A DNA stretch of 64,000 nucleotides from a bacterium. GTDB taxonomy: Bacteria; Bacillota_I; Bacilli_A; RF39; UBA660. The DNA is taken from contig JAUNFK010000001.1 of NCBI GenBank assembly GCA_030525085.1, positions 13,516-77,515 on the forward strand, in the 5' to 3' direction. The notes under the pieces are model-generated. The model had not been told where the DNA came from, made no database searches, and saw nothing but the letters and a program-made list of their open reading frames with translations. Both the position numbers and the translations under genes were made by a program. Shown one piece after another: positions 9,921 through 19,453 of this stretch; position 1 is the stretch's first letter; the number at the start of each line of letters is the position of its first letter.

Positions 9921-10634
9921 ATGAAAACTAAAAAGGTAGTAAAAAGAAAATTTAATTTTAAAAAATTTCTCATTCTTATTTTACTAGTTTATCTAGTCAT
10001 AAATGGAACATACTACCTTTTAAAAAGACCTGTTAAAAACATCATCATAACTGGAAATAAAGAAGTAAAAGACTACGAAATAATCGAAGCTGCAAACCTT
10101 AAAAACTATCCATCATTTATAAGTATCAACAAATCCAAAATAATTAAGACATTAAAACAAAATCCCCTTATAAAGGATGTACAAATTAAGAAAAACTTCA
10201 AATTTCAAATAACAATAAGTGTTACCGAAGAAAAAGTAGTTGCTTACAATTTAACCAATCAAAGCTATCTTTTATCAAATGGAACGTATATAAATGATAA
10301 AACTTTTTTAGGTGTTCCGCAGTTAAATAATTACACTCCAGAAGAAACACTTAAAAATTTTGCTGAAGAACTAGGGAAGTTAAATGAAGACATCATAGGC
10401 GACATTAGTGAAATCGAATACTCACCAAGCAAAAACGAAGCAGGCGAAACGATAGATAGTACCAGATTTAAACTAAAGATGAAAGATGGCAACACTGTCT
10501 ACACTAATGTAAAAAAATGTAATGTCTTATCATACTATAATCAAATATATGCAAGTCTTAAAGACAAAAAGGGTGTTCTAAATTTAGATAGTGGTAACTA
10601 CGAAAGATACGTACTAACACTTTACGAGGGATAA
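9921..10634 (+). CDS. divIB: Cell division protein FtsQ/DivIB
   Basis: AAGGAG RBS and a single N-terminal TM, followed by a POTRA-like region 'VKNIIITGNKEVKDYEIIEAANL'. It follows murG, as in dcw clusters. Confidence 0.75.
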   Translation: MKTKKVVKRKFNFKKFLILILLVYLVINGTYYLLKRPVKNIIITGNKEVKDYEIIEAANLKNYPSFISINKSKIIKTLKQNPLIKDVQIKKNFKFQITISVTEEKVVAYNLTNQSYLLSNGTYINDKTFLGVPQLNNYTPEETLKNFAEELGKLNEDIIGDISEIEYSPSKNEAGETIDSTRFKLKMKDGNTVYTNVKKCNVLSYYNQIYASLKDKKGVLNLDSGNYERYVLTLYEG

Positions 10635-10636
10635 AT

Positions 10637-11218
10637 ATGAACTACAATGAAGAAATGAAAAAAATAATTAAAACATTTGATGGCAAAAAAACAATCCTCT
10701 TACACAGCTGCTGTGGACCTTGTTCATCAAGTGTTATTGAAAGATTGAAACCTAACTTCGATATAACTGTTATATACTATAATCCAAATATCGAACCCAA
10801 AGAAGAATATGAAAAAAGAAAATCTGAACAAATTAGACTTCTTAAAGAATTAGATATTAAATATATGGACTGTGATTATGACAATGAAACCTATCACGAA
10901 AAAATAAAAGGAACTGAAGAAGAAAAAGAGGGCGGAGCAAGATGTACTTTATGCTTCGTGCTAAGACTATCTAAAACTGCCAAATTAGCTAAAGAAAATT
11001 GCTTTGACTACTTCGGTACAACACTAACCGTAAGCCCGCATAAAAATAGTGAACTTATTAACAAAATAGGTTTCAAAGAAGCCGAAAAAGAAGGCATTAA
11101 CTTTTTGCCAGCAGACTTCAAAAAAGAAGAAGGATACAAAAGAAGTATTGAACTATCTAAAAAATTTAATCTATATAGACAAGACTACTGTGGTTGTTTA
11201 TATAGCAAGGAGGCTCGT
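10637..11218 (+). CDS. queH: Epoxyqueuosine reductase QueH (DUF208); reading frame has no stop and runs on into the next gene
   Basis: Motifs 'HSCCGPCSS', 'ARCTLCFVLRL', 'TLTVSPHKN' and 'YRQDYCGC' are present. QueH proteins normally end shortly after CGC, but here the frame stays open until 11641. Confidence 0.8.
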
Positions 11219-11641
11219 ATGAATCAAAAAGGTTTTACACTAGTTGAAGTAATATCTGTTATAACTGTTCTAGCAATAATAATGATTGTTGTAGTTCCAG
11301 CAGTAACTAAACAATTAACTAGTTCAAAAGATGCTCTAACTAAACTAAATATTAAAAATGCTGAAGAAAGTGCTTTAATGTTTATTACAGATTTAAATAC
11401 CTGTGATAGTGAAGCACTAAACATTCTAAAAACTGAAAACGTTTTAGCAGAAATTACTGGAGAATCTTATTGTTTAAGTACACGAAACGCTTTAAACGGT
11501 GACGGCATAGAAGTTTCTCTTGACATCCTAAAAAAATATAACTATCTAACAGATTATGATGAAAAATGTTCTGGTACAGTAACTCTAAAATTAAATAATG
11601 CAAATCCCAAAGCAGATGGAAGTAATATAGAATGTAGGTGA
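11219..11641 (+). CDS. Type IV prepilin/pseudopilin (ComGC/PilA-like)
   Basis: AAGGAGG at 11207-11213 lies 5 nt before ATG 11219. The class III signal is 'MNQKG|FTLVEVISVITVLAIIMIVVVP', with Glu at +5. The mature part is small and contains Cys residues. Confidence 0.8.
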   Translation: MNQKGFTLVEVISVITVLAIIMIVVVPAVTKQLTSSKDALTKLNIKNAEESALMFITDLNTCDSEALNILKTENVLAEITGESYCLSTRNALNGDGIEVSLDILKKYNYLTDYDEKCSGTVTLKLNNANPKADGSNIECR

Positions 11642-11645
11642 TAAA

Positions 11646-12620
11646 ATGGGATTATTTAACAAATTCAAAGAAATCTTTAAAGGAAAAGAGACTAACGAAA
11701 ATCGTGAAACTTACGATAAAGGTCTAGAAAAAAGTAGAACCGAATTCATAAGTAGTCTATCTATCTTAGGCCATAAATACACTAAAGTAACTGACGAATA
11801 CTTTGACGAATTAGAAAATATTTTAATCAAAGCTGACATCGGTATTAAAACAGTTATGGACTTTACTGACAAATTAAAAAAACGTGTTAAAAGTGAAAAT
11901 ATTACAAGCACTGAAGAACTAAAAGAAGTCATCGTTGATGAACTATTCATGATTTACGTTAAAGAAGACTTTCTTACAGATAAAATAAATATTCAAACTG
12001 ATGGTCCAACTGTAATTTTAATGGTTGGTGTTAATGGCGTAGGTAAGACAACTACTATTGGTAAACTTGCAAATCTCTTTAACAAACAAAATAAAAAAGT
12101 CTTACTAGTTGCAGCAGACACCTTTAGAGCAGGTGCCGTAGAGCAATTAAAAGAGTGGGCAGATAGAACAAACTCACTATTTGTTGGTAAAGAAAATGCT
12201 GATCCAGCAAGCGTTATCTATGATGGCTTAGAAAAAGCTAAAGAAGAAAATGCTGACATTATCCTTATAGATACAGCTGGTAGACTTCAAAATAAAATAG
12301 GTCTAATGAAAGAACTAGAAAAAATAAATAAAGTAATTGGTAAGCTTATTCCAGGAGCTCCTCATGAAACATTATTAATTATCGACGCTACAACTGGACA
12401 AAATGGCATAAGTCAAGCCAAAAGCTTTAAAGAAATCACTAACATAACTGGTATTGTCTTAACTAAAATGGATGGCACTGCCAAAGGTGGAATTGTTCTT
12501 GCAATCAAAGAAGAAACATCTCTTCCAGTAAAATATATTGGCCTTGGTGAGCAAATAAATGATTTAAAACCATTTGATATAGAAGAATATATCTATGGAC
12601 TATTTAAGGATATGATGTAA
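11646..12620 (+). CDS. ftsY: Signal recognition particle receptor FtsY
   Basis: SRP GTPase motifs 'GVNGVGKTTTIGKLA', 'DTAGRL' and 'TKMDGTAKGG'. Confidence 0.9.
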   Translation: MGLFNKFKEIFKGKETNENRETYDKGLEKSRTEFISSLSILGHKYTKVTDEYFDELENILIKADIGIKTVMDFTDKLKKRVKSENITSTEELKEVIVDELFMIYVKEDFLTDKINIQTDGPTVILMVGVNGVGKTTTIGKLANLFNKQNKKVLLVAADTFRAGAVEQLKEWADRTNSLFVGKENADPASVIYDGLEKAKEENADIILIDTAGRLQNKIGLMKELEKINKVIGKLIPGAPHETLLIIDATTGQNGISQAKSFKEITNITGIVLTKMDGTAKGGIVLAIKEETSLPVKYIGLGEQINDLKPFDIEEYIYGLFKDMM

Positions 12621-12901
12621 TGGAAGATTTATTATACTATACATGTCTATTTGACTACTACAAAGATTTATTTACTAAAACAAAACAAGACTACTTTATT
12701 GATTACTATTTTAACAACTTAACTCAAGAAGAAATCGCTGAAAACTATAAAGTATCTAAAAATGCCGTAAGTAAAACTCTAAAAGAAGTCAAAGAAAAAC
12801 TAGACTACTATGAAGAAAAACTAAAACTTTATCACAATAAAGCTAAAATAAAAACACTACTATCAAGTAGTGAATTTACTAAAATAGAAGAATACATTTA
12901 A
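12620..12901 (+). CDS. ylxM: YlxM/p13-like putative DNA-binding protein (UPF0122)
   Basis: The sequence 'LTQEEIAENYKVSKNAVSKTLKEVKEKLDYYEEKL' is present. It has the conserved position directly after ftsY, with an ATGA-type overlap. Confidence 0.75.
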   Translation: MEDLLYYTCLFDYYKDLFTKTKQDYFIDYYFNNLTQEEIAENYKVSKNAVSKTLKEVKEKLDYYEEKLKLYHNKAKIKTLLSSSEFTKIEEYI

Positions 12902-13317
12902 GCTGTAAGGCTTATTTTTTTCTGCTTAAAATATGCTACTACATTAACTGCTACAAGAGGTACAAAAATTAAGAAATTACTAAAATTATTCATAAACGTA
13001 TCCTCGAAATTAAGAGATAACATAAATAAAATAACATATAAACAAATACTTAAAAACTGAAATTTTAAATCTCTATAAATAAAAGCAGTTAAACTAAATA
13101 TACATATCAAAACAAAAGTTAAAATAATAAGACCCCACCAAGTACTCGTAAACATATTCTGAACTAGTAATGCTAAAGATGCAGTATCAGTTCCTGATTG
13201 CTGATATGTTAAATGATCTAAATGATTAAAATAAATAAGTACCCAGAAACAAAAAGCAATCTCTACTAAACATATAACAAAGAGTAATATGCTTCTATCT
13301 TTAAATATCTTGCTCAT
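12898..13317 (-). CDS. Small polytopic membrane protein, unknown function
   Basis: Four hydrophobic segments. The start overlaps the upstream DHH gene, suggesting they form an operon. Confidence 0.5.
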   Translation of the reverse strand: MSKIFKDRSILLFVICLVEIAFCFWVLIYFNHLDHLTYQQSGTDTASLALLVQNMFTSTWWGLIILTFVLICIFSLTAFIYRDLKFQFLSICLYVILFMLSLNFEDTFMNNFSNFLIFVPLVAVNVVAYFKQKKISLTA

Positions 13318-14194
13318 AAACGCTCCTTAAATAACTAAGTGTATTATTAAGTACAATTGTTGATCTAGGTGCAATAAAATCATAACTTCTTTCTAAATAA
13401 TGTTCATTATATCTTAAGAAAGTATATGTCTTCAAATTCTTCATATCTATATATAAACCAAGAATATTTTCAGAGCTCTCATGAATAAACTTTCTATAAT
13501 CATCTAAATAATCTAAATTAAGAAGCTTAAGATAAGTACTAACAAACTTAATCCCATTAAAATCATAAGCCTTAAATCCATTTTCTTTAAATGCTTTAAT
13601 TTTATCACTCATATCAGTAGGTATAAAATATTTTTCAAGCATCCCATCAAATGTCTCATCAAAACCCATTTTTTTAATAAGTGCTTTATCACTATCTTTA
13701 TATCTAGCATTAAGCCCATAACTACTATCATCCATCGAAGCAATATAAACTAAGTTTTTCTCATAATCACTAAACTCATAAAAACTAGAGCACATATCAT
13801 AAATCGCAAGGCATGTACTAACATAATCTGTAACAATAACTTTTACCATACCTGCATCAGGATGATGATCAATAGCTCCTAGTACCAAAGAAGCATCTCC
13901 AATGCTTTGATTAACATCATTATGATCCGTTAAAAAATAATTATATTTAGAAATATCTTCCTTATCTAATATAAAAGGAGAGTAATCAAGATTGTCCATA
14001 ACTTGTTTTGCGCAGTCATCACTAACTTTTTCACCATCAAGAACTGCATACTCAGCATCATACCCCAAAGACTTTAATATATTACTCATTAAATAAGAAG
14101 AAAAGATTGTATCAGTATCAGGCTTCTTATGTCCAATAACTAAAATCTTTTTACTTCTATCTAAATTATTAATTAAATCTAAAATACTACTCAT
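13301..14194 (-). CDS. DHH-family phosphoesterase, family II inorganic pyrophosphatase (PpaC)-like
   Basis: 'ILVIGHKKPDTDTIFSS', 'LTDHNDVNQS' and 'IDHHPD' follow the DHH motif order seen in PpaC-type enzymes. Confidence 0.6.
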   Translation of the reverse strand: MSSILDLINNLDRSKKILVIGHKKPDTDTIFSSYLMSNILKSLGYDAEYAVLDGEKVSDDCAKQVMDNLDYSPFILDKEDISKYNYFLTDHNDVNQSIGDASLVLGAIDHHPDAGMVKVIVTDYVSTCLAIYDMCSSFYEFSDYEKNLVYIASMDDSSYGLNARYKDSDKALIKKMGFDETFDGMLEKYFIPTDMSDKIKAFKENGFKAYDFNGIKFVSTYLKLLNLDYLDDYRKFIHESSENILGLYIDMKNLKTYTFLRYNEHYLERSYDFIAPRSTIVLNNTLSYLRSVYEQDI

Positions 14195-15371
14195 CAGCTA
14201 AATTATCAAAATATCCTTGAACAAGTACAACTGGCGTACCTTTATCACCAGAACCACTAGTTAAATCGCATAATGATCCAACTAAATCAGTAATTCTTCT
14301 AGGCGTTGTACCTAAACTAACATTTTGTCCTTTCAAATCATTATCTTTCTTTTTAATTTCTTCCTTAATCGCATCCTTAAGTTCATCACCTCTTAAATCA
14401 GCAAACATATTATCAGAAACATACTTTAATTTAATTTCATTAGGTGTTCCTTTAAGACCGTCAGTATAAAATGGACTAACTACTGGATCAGCAAGCTCCC
14501 AAATTCCACCAACTGGATCTTTAAATGCACCATCACCATAAACCATAACCTCAAAGTTTTTACCAGTTCTCTTAAACATTTCATCTTTAATCTTTAAAAC
14601 CAAACTAGCTCCATCTTTTGGAAATAGCTTTAGTCTTTCATCAGTTGATTTATTACTTCCAAGAAGACCATAATCTGGATTAAAACCAGAGCCATCAACA
14701 CTTTCATTTAAAATATCGCTTAAACTAAGAACAAAAGCACCTTGTTCACTTAATGTTTTTTTAGTCTTAAATCTACTATGAATATCACAATTTAATACAT
14801 AATTAGTATATTTTAAAATATCACTTGGATTATTTGAGAAAACAAACTCTACATCACAATTTTCACTTTTAACTAGGTCTCTATAATAGTTAACCATATT
14901 AATACCTGTAAACGGATGAATAAATGTTCCGAAATACTTCTCATAATCTTCTTCAGTAATTAAACTACCTAAATTAAAGCTAGAAGCACTAAGTAAGTTT
15001 TCATCCATTATACCATTACCAACTTCATCACTTGGAAAAGATAGAAGTATTGTAACCTTATCCATAGCTCTAGCTATTGCTTTTAAAATCATTGAAAATC
15101 TATTCCTAGATAAAATAGGGTAGACAATACCAATTTCCTTACTAGGAAACTTAGCATTTAAATCACTAACTATATTATCAACAGTAACATAATTTCCTTC
15201 ACTAATGCCAACTACAGCTTCCGTAATTGCAATAATATCCTTATCCTTAAAATTAAATCCTTCACTTTCACTAGCATTAATAACACTATCTACTACAATA
15301 CTAGCTAAATCATCATTTTCTTTTATAATTGGGGTTCTTATCCCACGAACTGTTGTACCAACAAGTCTCAT
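14187..15371 (-). CDS. F420-0:gamma-glutamyl ligase (CofE)-like family protein
   Basis: N-terminal pattern 'IRTPIIKENDDLASIV...KDKDIIAITEAVVGISEGN' resembles the CofE 'lPlIkeGDDLaelI...GDvlvv.s.viSKAEG' pattern. This is recognition by eye only. Confidence 0.45.
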   Translation of the reverse strand: MRLVGTTVRGIRTPIIKENDDLASIVVDSVINASESEGFNFKDKDIIAITEAVVGISEGNYVTVDNIVSDLNAKFPSKEIGIVYPILSRNRFSMILKAIARAMDKVTILLSFPSDEVGNGIMDENLLSASSFNLGSLITEEDYEKYFGTFIHPFTGINMVNYYRDLVKSENCDVEFVFSNNPSDILKYTNYVLNCDIHSRFKTKKTLSEQGAFVLSLSDILNESVDGSGFNPDYGLLGSNKSTDERLKLFPKDGASLVLKIKDEMFKRTGKNFEVMVYGDGAFKDPVGGIWELADPVVSPFYTDGLKGTPNEIKLKYVSDNMFADLRGDELKDAIKEEIKKKDNDLKGQNVSLGTTPRRITDLVGSLCDLTSGSGDKGTPVVLVQGYFDNLADE

Positions 15372-15428
15372 ATTTTCACATCCTTACTCTAAAATTTTAC
15401 TATAAAACAAAAGAAGAAGTCAACTTAA

Positions 15429-16028
15429 TTACCTAAGCAAATCAGTAATTAACTTAATAACTTCTTCTTTCATTACATTATAATCGATTTCTGCATGTTT
15501 ATGATAAACAACTTCATGACAGAAATACTCACCAGCAGATATTGCTATATGGACGCGCTCTTTTAAATGTTCTGGATTATGTCCATTAGCTTCCAAAATC
15601 TCTGCAATCTTAAGAGTGCTTTCAATTTCTCTTTTATGAAACATCTCTGCAATATCAGCATCCGCATGCGACATACTTATTAATTCTTCATGAGCCTTCT
15701 TCGTTAGTATATGTCTATCAATAAATAAATCAAGTAACTTAGAAACAACATCCTCAAAATTTTCTGAATGAACCTCATTATTACTCAAAATATCCAAAAT
15801 AGGGAAGAGTATATTATCAGAATACATCTTTATTCCCTCTATAAAAATTTCTTTCTTATCCTTAAAATACTGATAAACAATTCCTGTTGATACTCCAGCA
15901 TCCTTCGCTATTAATGCTGTATTAGTATTATAATAACCGTTTTCACAAATAAGTTTAAAACCGGACTCTATAATATGTTCCCTTTTTAAAAGAGCACGCT
16001 TCTGTTTTGGCATTCTTACTGCATCCAT
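15429..16028 (-). CDS. TetR/AcrR-family transcriptional regulator
   Basis: N-terminal HTH 'GYYNTNTALIAKDAGVSTGIVYQYFKDKKEIF'. It is divergent from an ABC exporter operon. Confidence 0.85.
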   Translation of the reverse strand: MDAVRMPKQKRALLKREHIIESGFKLICENGYYNTNTALIAKDAGVSTGIVYQYFKDKKEIFIEGIKMYSDNILFPILDILSNNEVHSENFEDVVSKLLDLFIDRHILTKKAHEELISMSHADADIAEMFHKREIESTLKIAEILEANGHNPEHLKERVHIAISAGEYFCHEVVYHKHAEIDYNVMKEEVIKLITDLLR

Positions 16029-16062
16029 AATATCACCTACAAATTAATTATAACACAAACTA

Positions 16063-16091
16063 TTGACGCTTACCAAATAACGTAATATAAT
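16063..16091 (+). promoter_or_regulatory. Sigma-A-type promoter for the ABC exporter operon
   Basis: TTGACG (16063-16068), 17-nt spacer, TATAAT (16086-16091). Confidence 0.6.
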
Positions 16092-16117
16092 TTTATATGA
16101 AATAAGTTTCATATAAA
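16092..16117. promoter_or_regulatory. Perfect 11-bp inverted repeat, candidate TetR operator
   Basis: TTTATATGAAA-taag-TTTCATATAAA lies immediately downstream of the -10 box, between the divergent tetR and the ABC genes. Confidence 0.55.
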
Positions 16118-16130
16118 TGAAGGAGGAAAT

Positions 16131-16835
16131 ATGAAAGAAAATTATATCGAAATCGAAAACTTAACAAAAACATATAAAATAGGTGAAGAATCATTTAATG
16201 CATTAAGTGGTATCAACTTACAAATCAAACAAGGCGAGTTTGTGGTAATCTTAGGTCCATCTGGCGCAGGTAAATCAACCCTTCTAAACATTCTCGGTGG
16301 AATGGATAGTGCAACAAGTGGAAAAATAATTGTTGGCGGAGAAGAAATAACAAGTTACAATGATAAAGAACTAACTAAATATCGTGCATCATCAGTCGGT
16401 TTCATCTTCCAGTTCTATAACATCCTGCCAAGTCTAACAGTTTTAGAAAACGTTAATCTAATTAAAGATGTAACTAAAACAGTCAAAGATGCACCAGAAG
16501 CAATTAAAAAAGTTGGCTTAGAAAAACACATGAATAAATTTCCAAGTGAACTTTCTGGTGGAGAACAACAAAGAGTATCAATTGCTCGTGCTATCATGAA
16601 AAATCCTAAAATACTTCTTTGCGACGAACCAACCGGTGCTCTTGACTCAAAAACTGGTGCTGAAATTCTAAAAATCCTAAAGAAAGAAGCAGATGAAGAC
16701 ACAACTGTAATTATCGTTACTCATAACTCTCTAATCGCTGATGTTGCTGACCGCGTGATCCGTATCAAAAACGGTAAAGTAGAATCCAATGTTCTAAATG
16801 AAAAGCCTAAAAAGATTGACGAGGTAAGTTGGTAA
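16131..16835 (+). CDS. ABC transporter ATP-binding protein (MacB/LolD-like subfamily)
   Basis: Walker A 'GPSGAGKST', signature 'LSGGEQQR' and Walker B 'ILLCDEPT'. Confidence 0.9.
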   Translation: MKENYIEIENLTKTYKIGEESFNALSGINLQIKQGEFVVILGPSGAGKSTLLNILGGMDSATSGKIIVGGEEITSYNDKELTKYRASSVGFIFQFYNILPSLTVLENVNLIKDVTKTVKDAPEAIKKVGLEKHMNKFPSELSGGEQQRVSIARAIMKNPKILLCDEPTGALDSKTGAEILKILKKEADEDTTVIIVTHNSLIADVADRVIRIKNGKVESNVLNEKPKKIDEVSW

Positions 16836-16836
16836 T

Positions 16837-19062
16837 ATGCTAAAGCAAAAAATGAAAAGAGATATCAAAAATAATTTATCTCAGTTTATAACAATCTTTC
16901 TAATGGTCGCAATCGGCATCATGGCATACTCTGGAATCGAAGCATACATGGACGGTATGACTGAAACTGCTAAAGTATTTTACGAAGAAAACAACCTTCA
17001 AGATATGAACGTCTATGGCATAAACTTTACTGAAAATGACCTAGAAAAAATCAAATCAATCAAAAATGTTAAAAATGCCGAAAGAAAAAGCAGCATAAAT
17101 GCTACCACAGATAATGACAATACACTTTTATTAAATATTATTGAAACAAACGAAATTTCAAAATTCTACGTAATTGATGGTGAAGGCTTCAGTAACAAAG
17201 ACGGTGTTTGGCTAGATAATTTCTATGCTATAGAAAACAACATCAAAGTAGGGGACACTATCAAAGTAAACAATGATACTAAAAAAGTTTTGGGCCTAAT
17301 CAATGTGCCAGATCATCTTTATGACACAAAAGATGAAAGTGAGCTATTCCCAAACCGTAAAACATTCGGTTTTGCCTACGTAAATAAAATGGATAATGTC
17401 TCATACAACTACATCATGGTTGACTTAGAAGACACATCTAAATATAACGAAACCAAAGAAGAAATTGAGGACTCTCTATCAAACGTTCTTGCTGTAATTG
17501 ATATTAAAGACACTGCATCATACAAAACATATCAGGGTGAAATTGACGAAGGAAAAACTTACGTTGGCGTATTCTCTGGATTATTCTTACTTATCGCTCT
17601 ACTATCAACTTTAACTACAATGACTAGAGTAGTTCAAAATCAAAGAACTCAAATTGGTACCCTTAAAGCCTTAGGTTTCTCAAATAAGCAAATCCTAATG
17701 CACTACATAGGTTATGGCTTTTATATATCACTAATAGGTGCAATTGCTGGTCTCCTTCTAGGATACTTCTTCATAGGTAACGTATTCATTAACCTTGAAA
17801 TGAGCTTCTTTGAAGTCCCTAATGGAAAACCACTAATGAATAGTGTAAGTTATCTAGTTGCAGCTCTAACAGTTCTAGCAATCATCATTGTAACGATCAT
17901 CTCTGTAAAAAACATCTTAAAAGAAACTCCAGCATCTTGCCTTCAGAAAAAAGCTCCAACTCAAAAATCAAAAAACATCAAAATTAAAAATGACAAAATT
18001 AGCTTTAGTACTAGATGGAATCTAAGAGATGTTCTAAGAAACAAAACAAGAACCATCCTCGGAATCATCGGTATAACATGTAGTGCTATGCTTATCGTCT
18101 GTGCTCTAGGTATGCTTAATAGTATGAACTACTTTATTGATTTACAATTTAATAAACTATACAACTTCGATTATAAACTATCTCTAAAAAATAACTTAAC
18201 TGAAGAAGAACTAAACTCTTTAAAAGAAAAATATGGAAGTGCGACATCTAAAACCTATGGCATCGAAATCAAGGGCTTAGATGACAATAACTTATTTGTA
18301 ACAGACGCTAGTGACAAAGTAAGATTCGTTGACAAAAAAGACAAATATATGACTTTAACTAATAATGAAGGCATATACATCACAAACAAGCTAGGTATCA
18401 ATGAAAATCTAAAAGTAGGGGACACTATCACTTGGAGATTATATGGTACAGACAAATACTACACATCAACAATCGTTGGTATGAATAAAGACCCTCAAAA
18501 TCAAAATGTAACTATCACAAGAGAATATCTAGAAAGTCTAGGAATTAAATATTCACCAGACACAATCTACACAAATAAAACACCAGAAGATGATGCAAAC
18601 ATTGAGCTTTCAGCAAGTGTTGAAGAACTAAAAAAAGGCATGGACAACATGTTAAATACTATGAAAACCATGCTAGTACTTATAATTGGAATTGCCATCA
18701 TTTTAGGAACCATAATTATCTATAACATCGGCATTCTATCTCTAACCGAAAAAACATATCAATTTGCAACCCTTAAAGTACTAGGTTTCAAAGATAAACA
18801 AATTAGAAAAATCTTTATTAAACAAAACAGCTGGATAGCAATTATCTCAATTATCTTAGGTTTACCTTTAGGTTACGCTTTAACAAGTTATTTATTTAAA
18901 GTTGCTATTGAAGAACATTACGACTTTGGTGCTCACATTAACATCATATCTTACATCATCGCAGCTATCGGTACATATCTAATAACATACATTGTATCAA
19001 ATATCTTATCTAAAAAAATTGAAAAAATAGATATGGTAACCTCACTAAAAGGTAACGAATAG
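16837..19062 (+). CDS. ABC transporter permease with two FtsX/MacB-type domains
   Basis: 741 aa. The architecture TM, large extracytoplasmic domain, three TM occurs twice. 'TLKALGFSNKQI' and 'TLKVLGFKDKQI' are duplicated FtsX-domain motifs. Confidence 0.8.
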   Translation: MLKQKMKRDIKNNLSQFITIFLMVAIGIMAYSGIEAYMDGMTETAKVFYEENNLQDMNVYGINFTENDLEKIKSIKNVKNAERKSSINATTDNDNTLLLNIIETNEISKFYVIDGEGFSNKDGVWLDNFYAIENNIKVGDTIKVNNDTKKVLGLINVPDHLYDTKDESELFPNRKTFGFAYVNKMDNVSYNYIMVDLEDTSKYNETKEEIEDSLSNVLAVIDIKDTASYKTYQGEIDEGKTYVGVFSGLFLLIALLSTLTTMTRVVQNQRTQIGTLKALGFSNKQILMHYIGYGFYISLIGAIAGLLLGYFFIGNVFINLEMSFFEVPNGKPLMNSVSYLVAALTVLAIIIVTIISVKNILKETPASCLQKKAPTQKSKNIKIKNDKISFSTRWNLRDVLRNKTRTILGIIGITCSAMLIVCALGMLNSMNYFIDLQFNKLYNFDYKLSLKNNLTEEELNSLKEKYGSATSKTYGIEIKGLDDNNLFVTDASDKVRFVDKKDKYMTLTNNEGIYITNKLGINENLKVGDTITWRLYGTDKYYTSTIVGMNKDPQNQNVTITREYLESLGIKYSPDTIYTNKTPEDDANIELSASVEELKKGMDNMLNTMKTMLVLIIGIAIILGTIIIYNIGILSLTEKTYQFATLKVLGFKDKQIRKIFIKQNSWIAIISIILGLPLGYALTSYLFKVAIEEHYDFGAHINIISYIIAAIGTYLITYIVSNILSKKIEKIDMVTSLKGNE

Positions 19063-19115
19063 GCAAAGAACATAACCAAAAACCTAAAATTACATAAAAT
19101 ACACTAGAAAGGATA

Positions 19116-19388
19116 GTGTATTTTTTTATGTATAGATCTAATCGCTGCGTAGAAGAGGGCCCAGCTATGACTGCAACATTCCCAAAAGAAGCATGTGAAC
19201 CAATCTATGAATGCCCATGTGAAAGAGTTTGTCATAGAGAAATTAATCATGTAGTACCTCATATGCAACCAGTAAACACTAGAATAATCAACCATCATGT
19301 ATATCATCACACATACACTCCATGCTATACATGCTGTGAAGAAAACGAAATCACTCACGTATACGACTGCAATCCATGTGGTAAATAA
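19116..19388 (+). CDS. CotD-like Cys/His-rich spore coat protein candidate (start may be ATG 19128)
   Basis: 'HVVPHMQPVNTRIINHHVYHHTYTP' resembles the His-rich repeats of Bacillus CotD. A hairpin with a T-tract lies at about 19388-19412 on the plus strand. Confidence 0.5.
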   Translation: MYFFMYRSNRCVEEGPAMTATFPKEACEPIYECPCERVCHREINHVVPHMQPVNTRIINHHVYHHTYTPCYTCCEENEITHVYDCNPCGK

Positions 19389-19453
19389 AGCCTCTAAAGA
19401 GGTTTTTATTTTGCCTTACATCTGCTATAATAATCGTAGAAAAGAGTGAGTTT

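Noticed and set aside
11219-11641. Assigning the Com-type pilin as the missing pilin of the tad-like machine at 51802-55479.
   Set aside because: It lies 40 kb away, and its G|FTLVE signal is of the T4a/Com class rather than the Flp class that Tad systems process. The link is mentioned only as a possibility.
19104-19358. Minus-strand 84-aa ORF opposite the CotD-like gene.
   Set aside because: The plus-strand frame has the CotD-like His repeats, a purine-rich RBS region and a downstream hairpin with a T-tract. The minus frame is Trp/Phe/Cys-rich with no start context.
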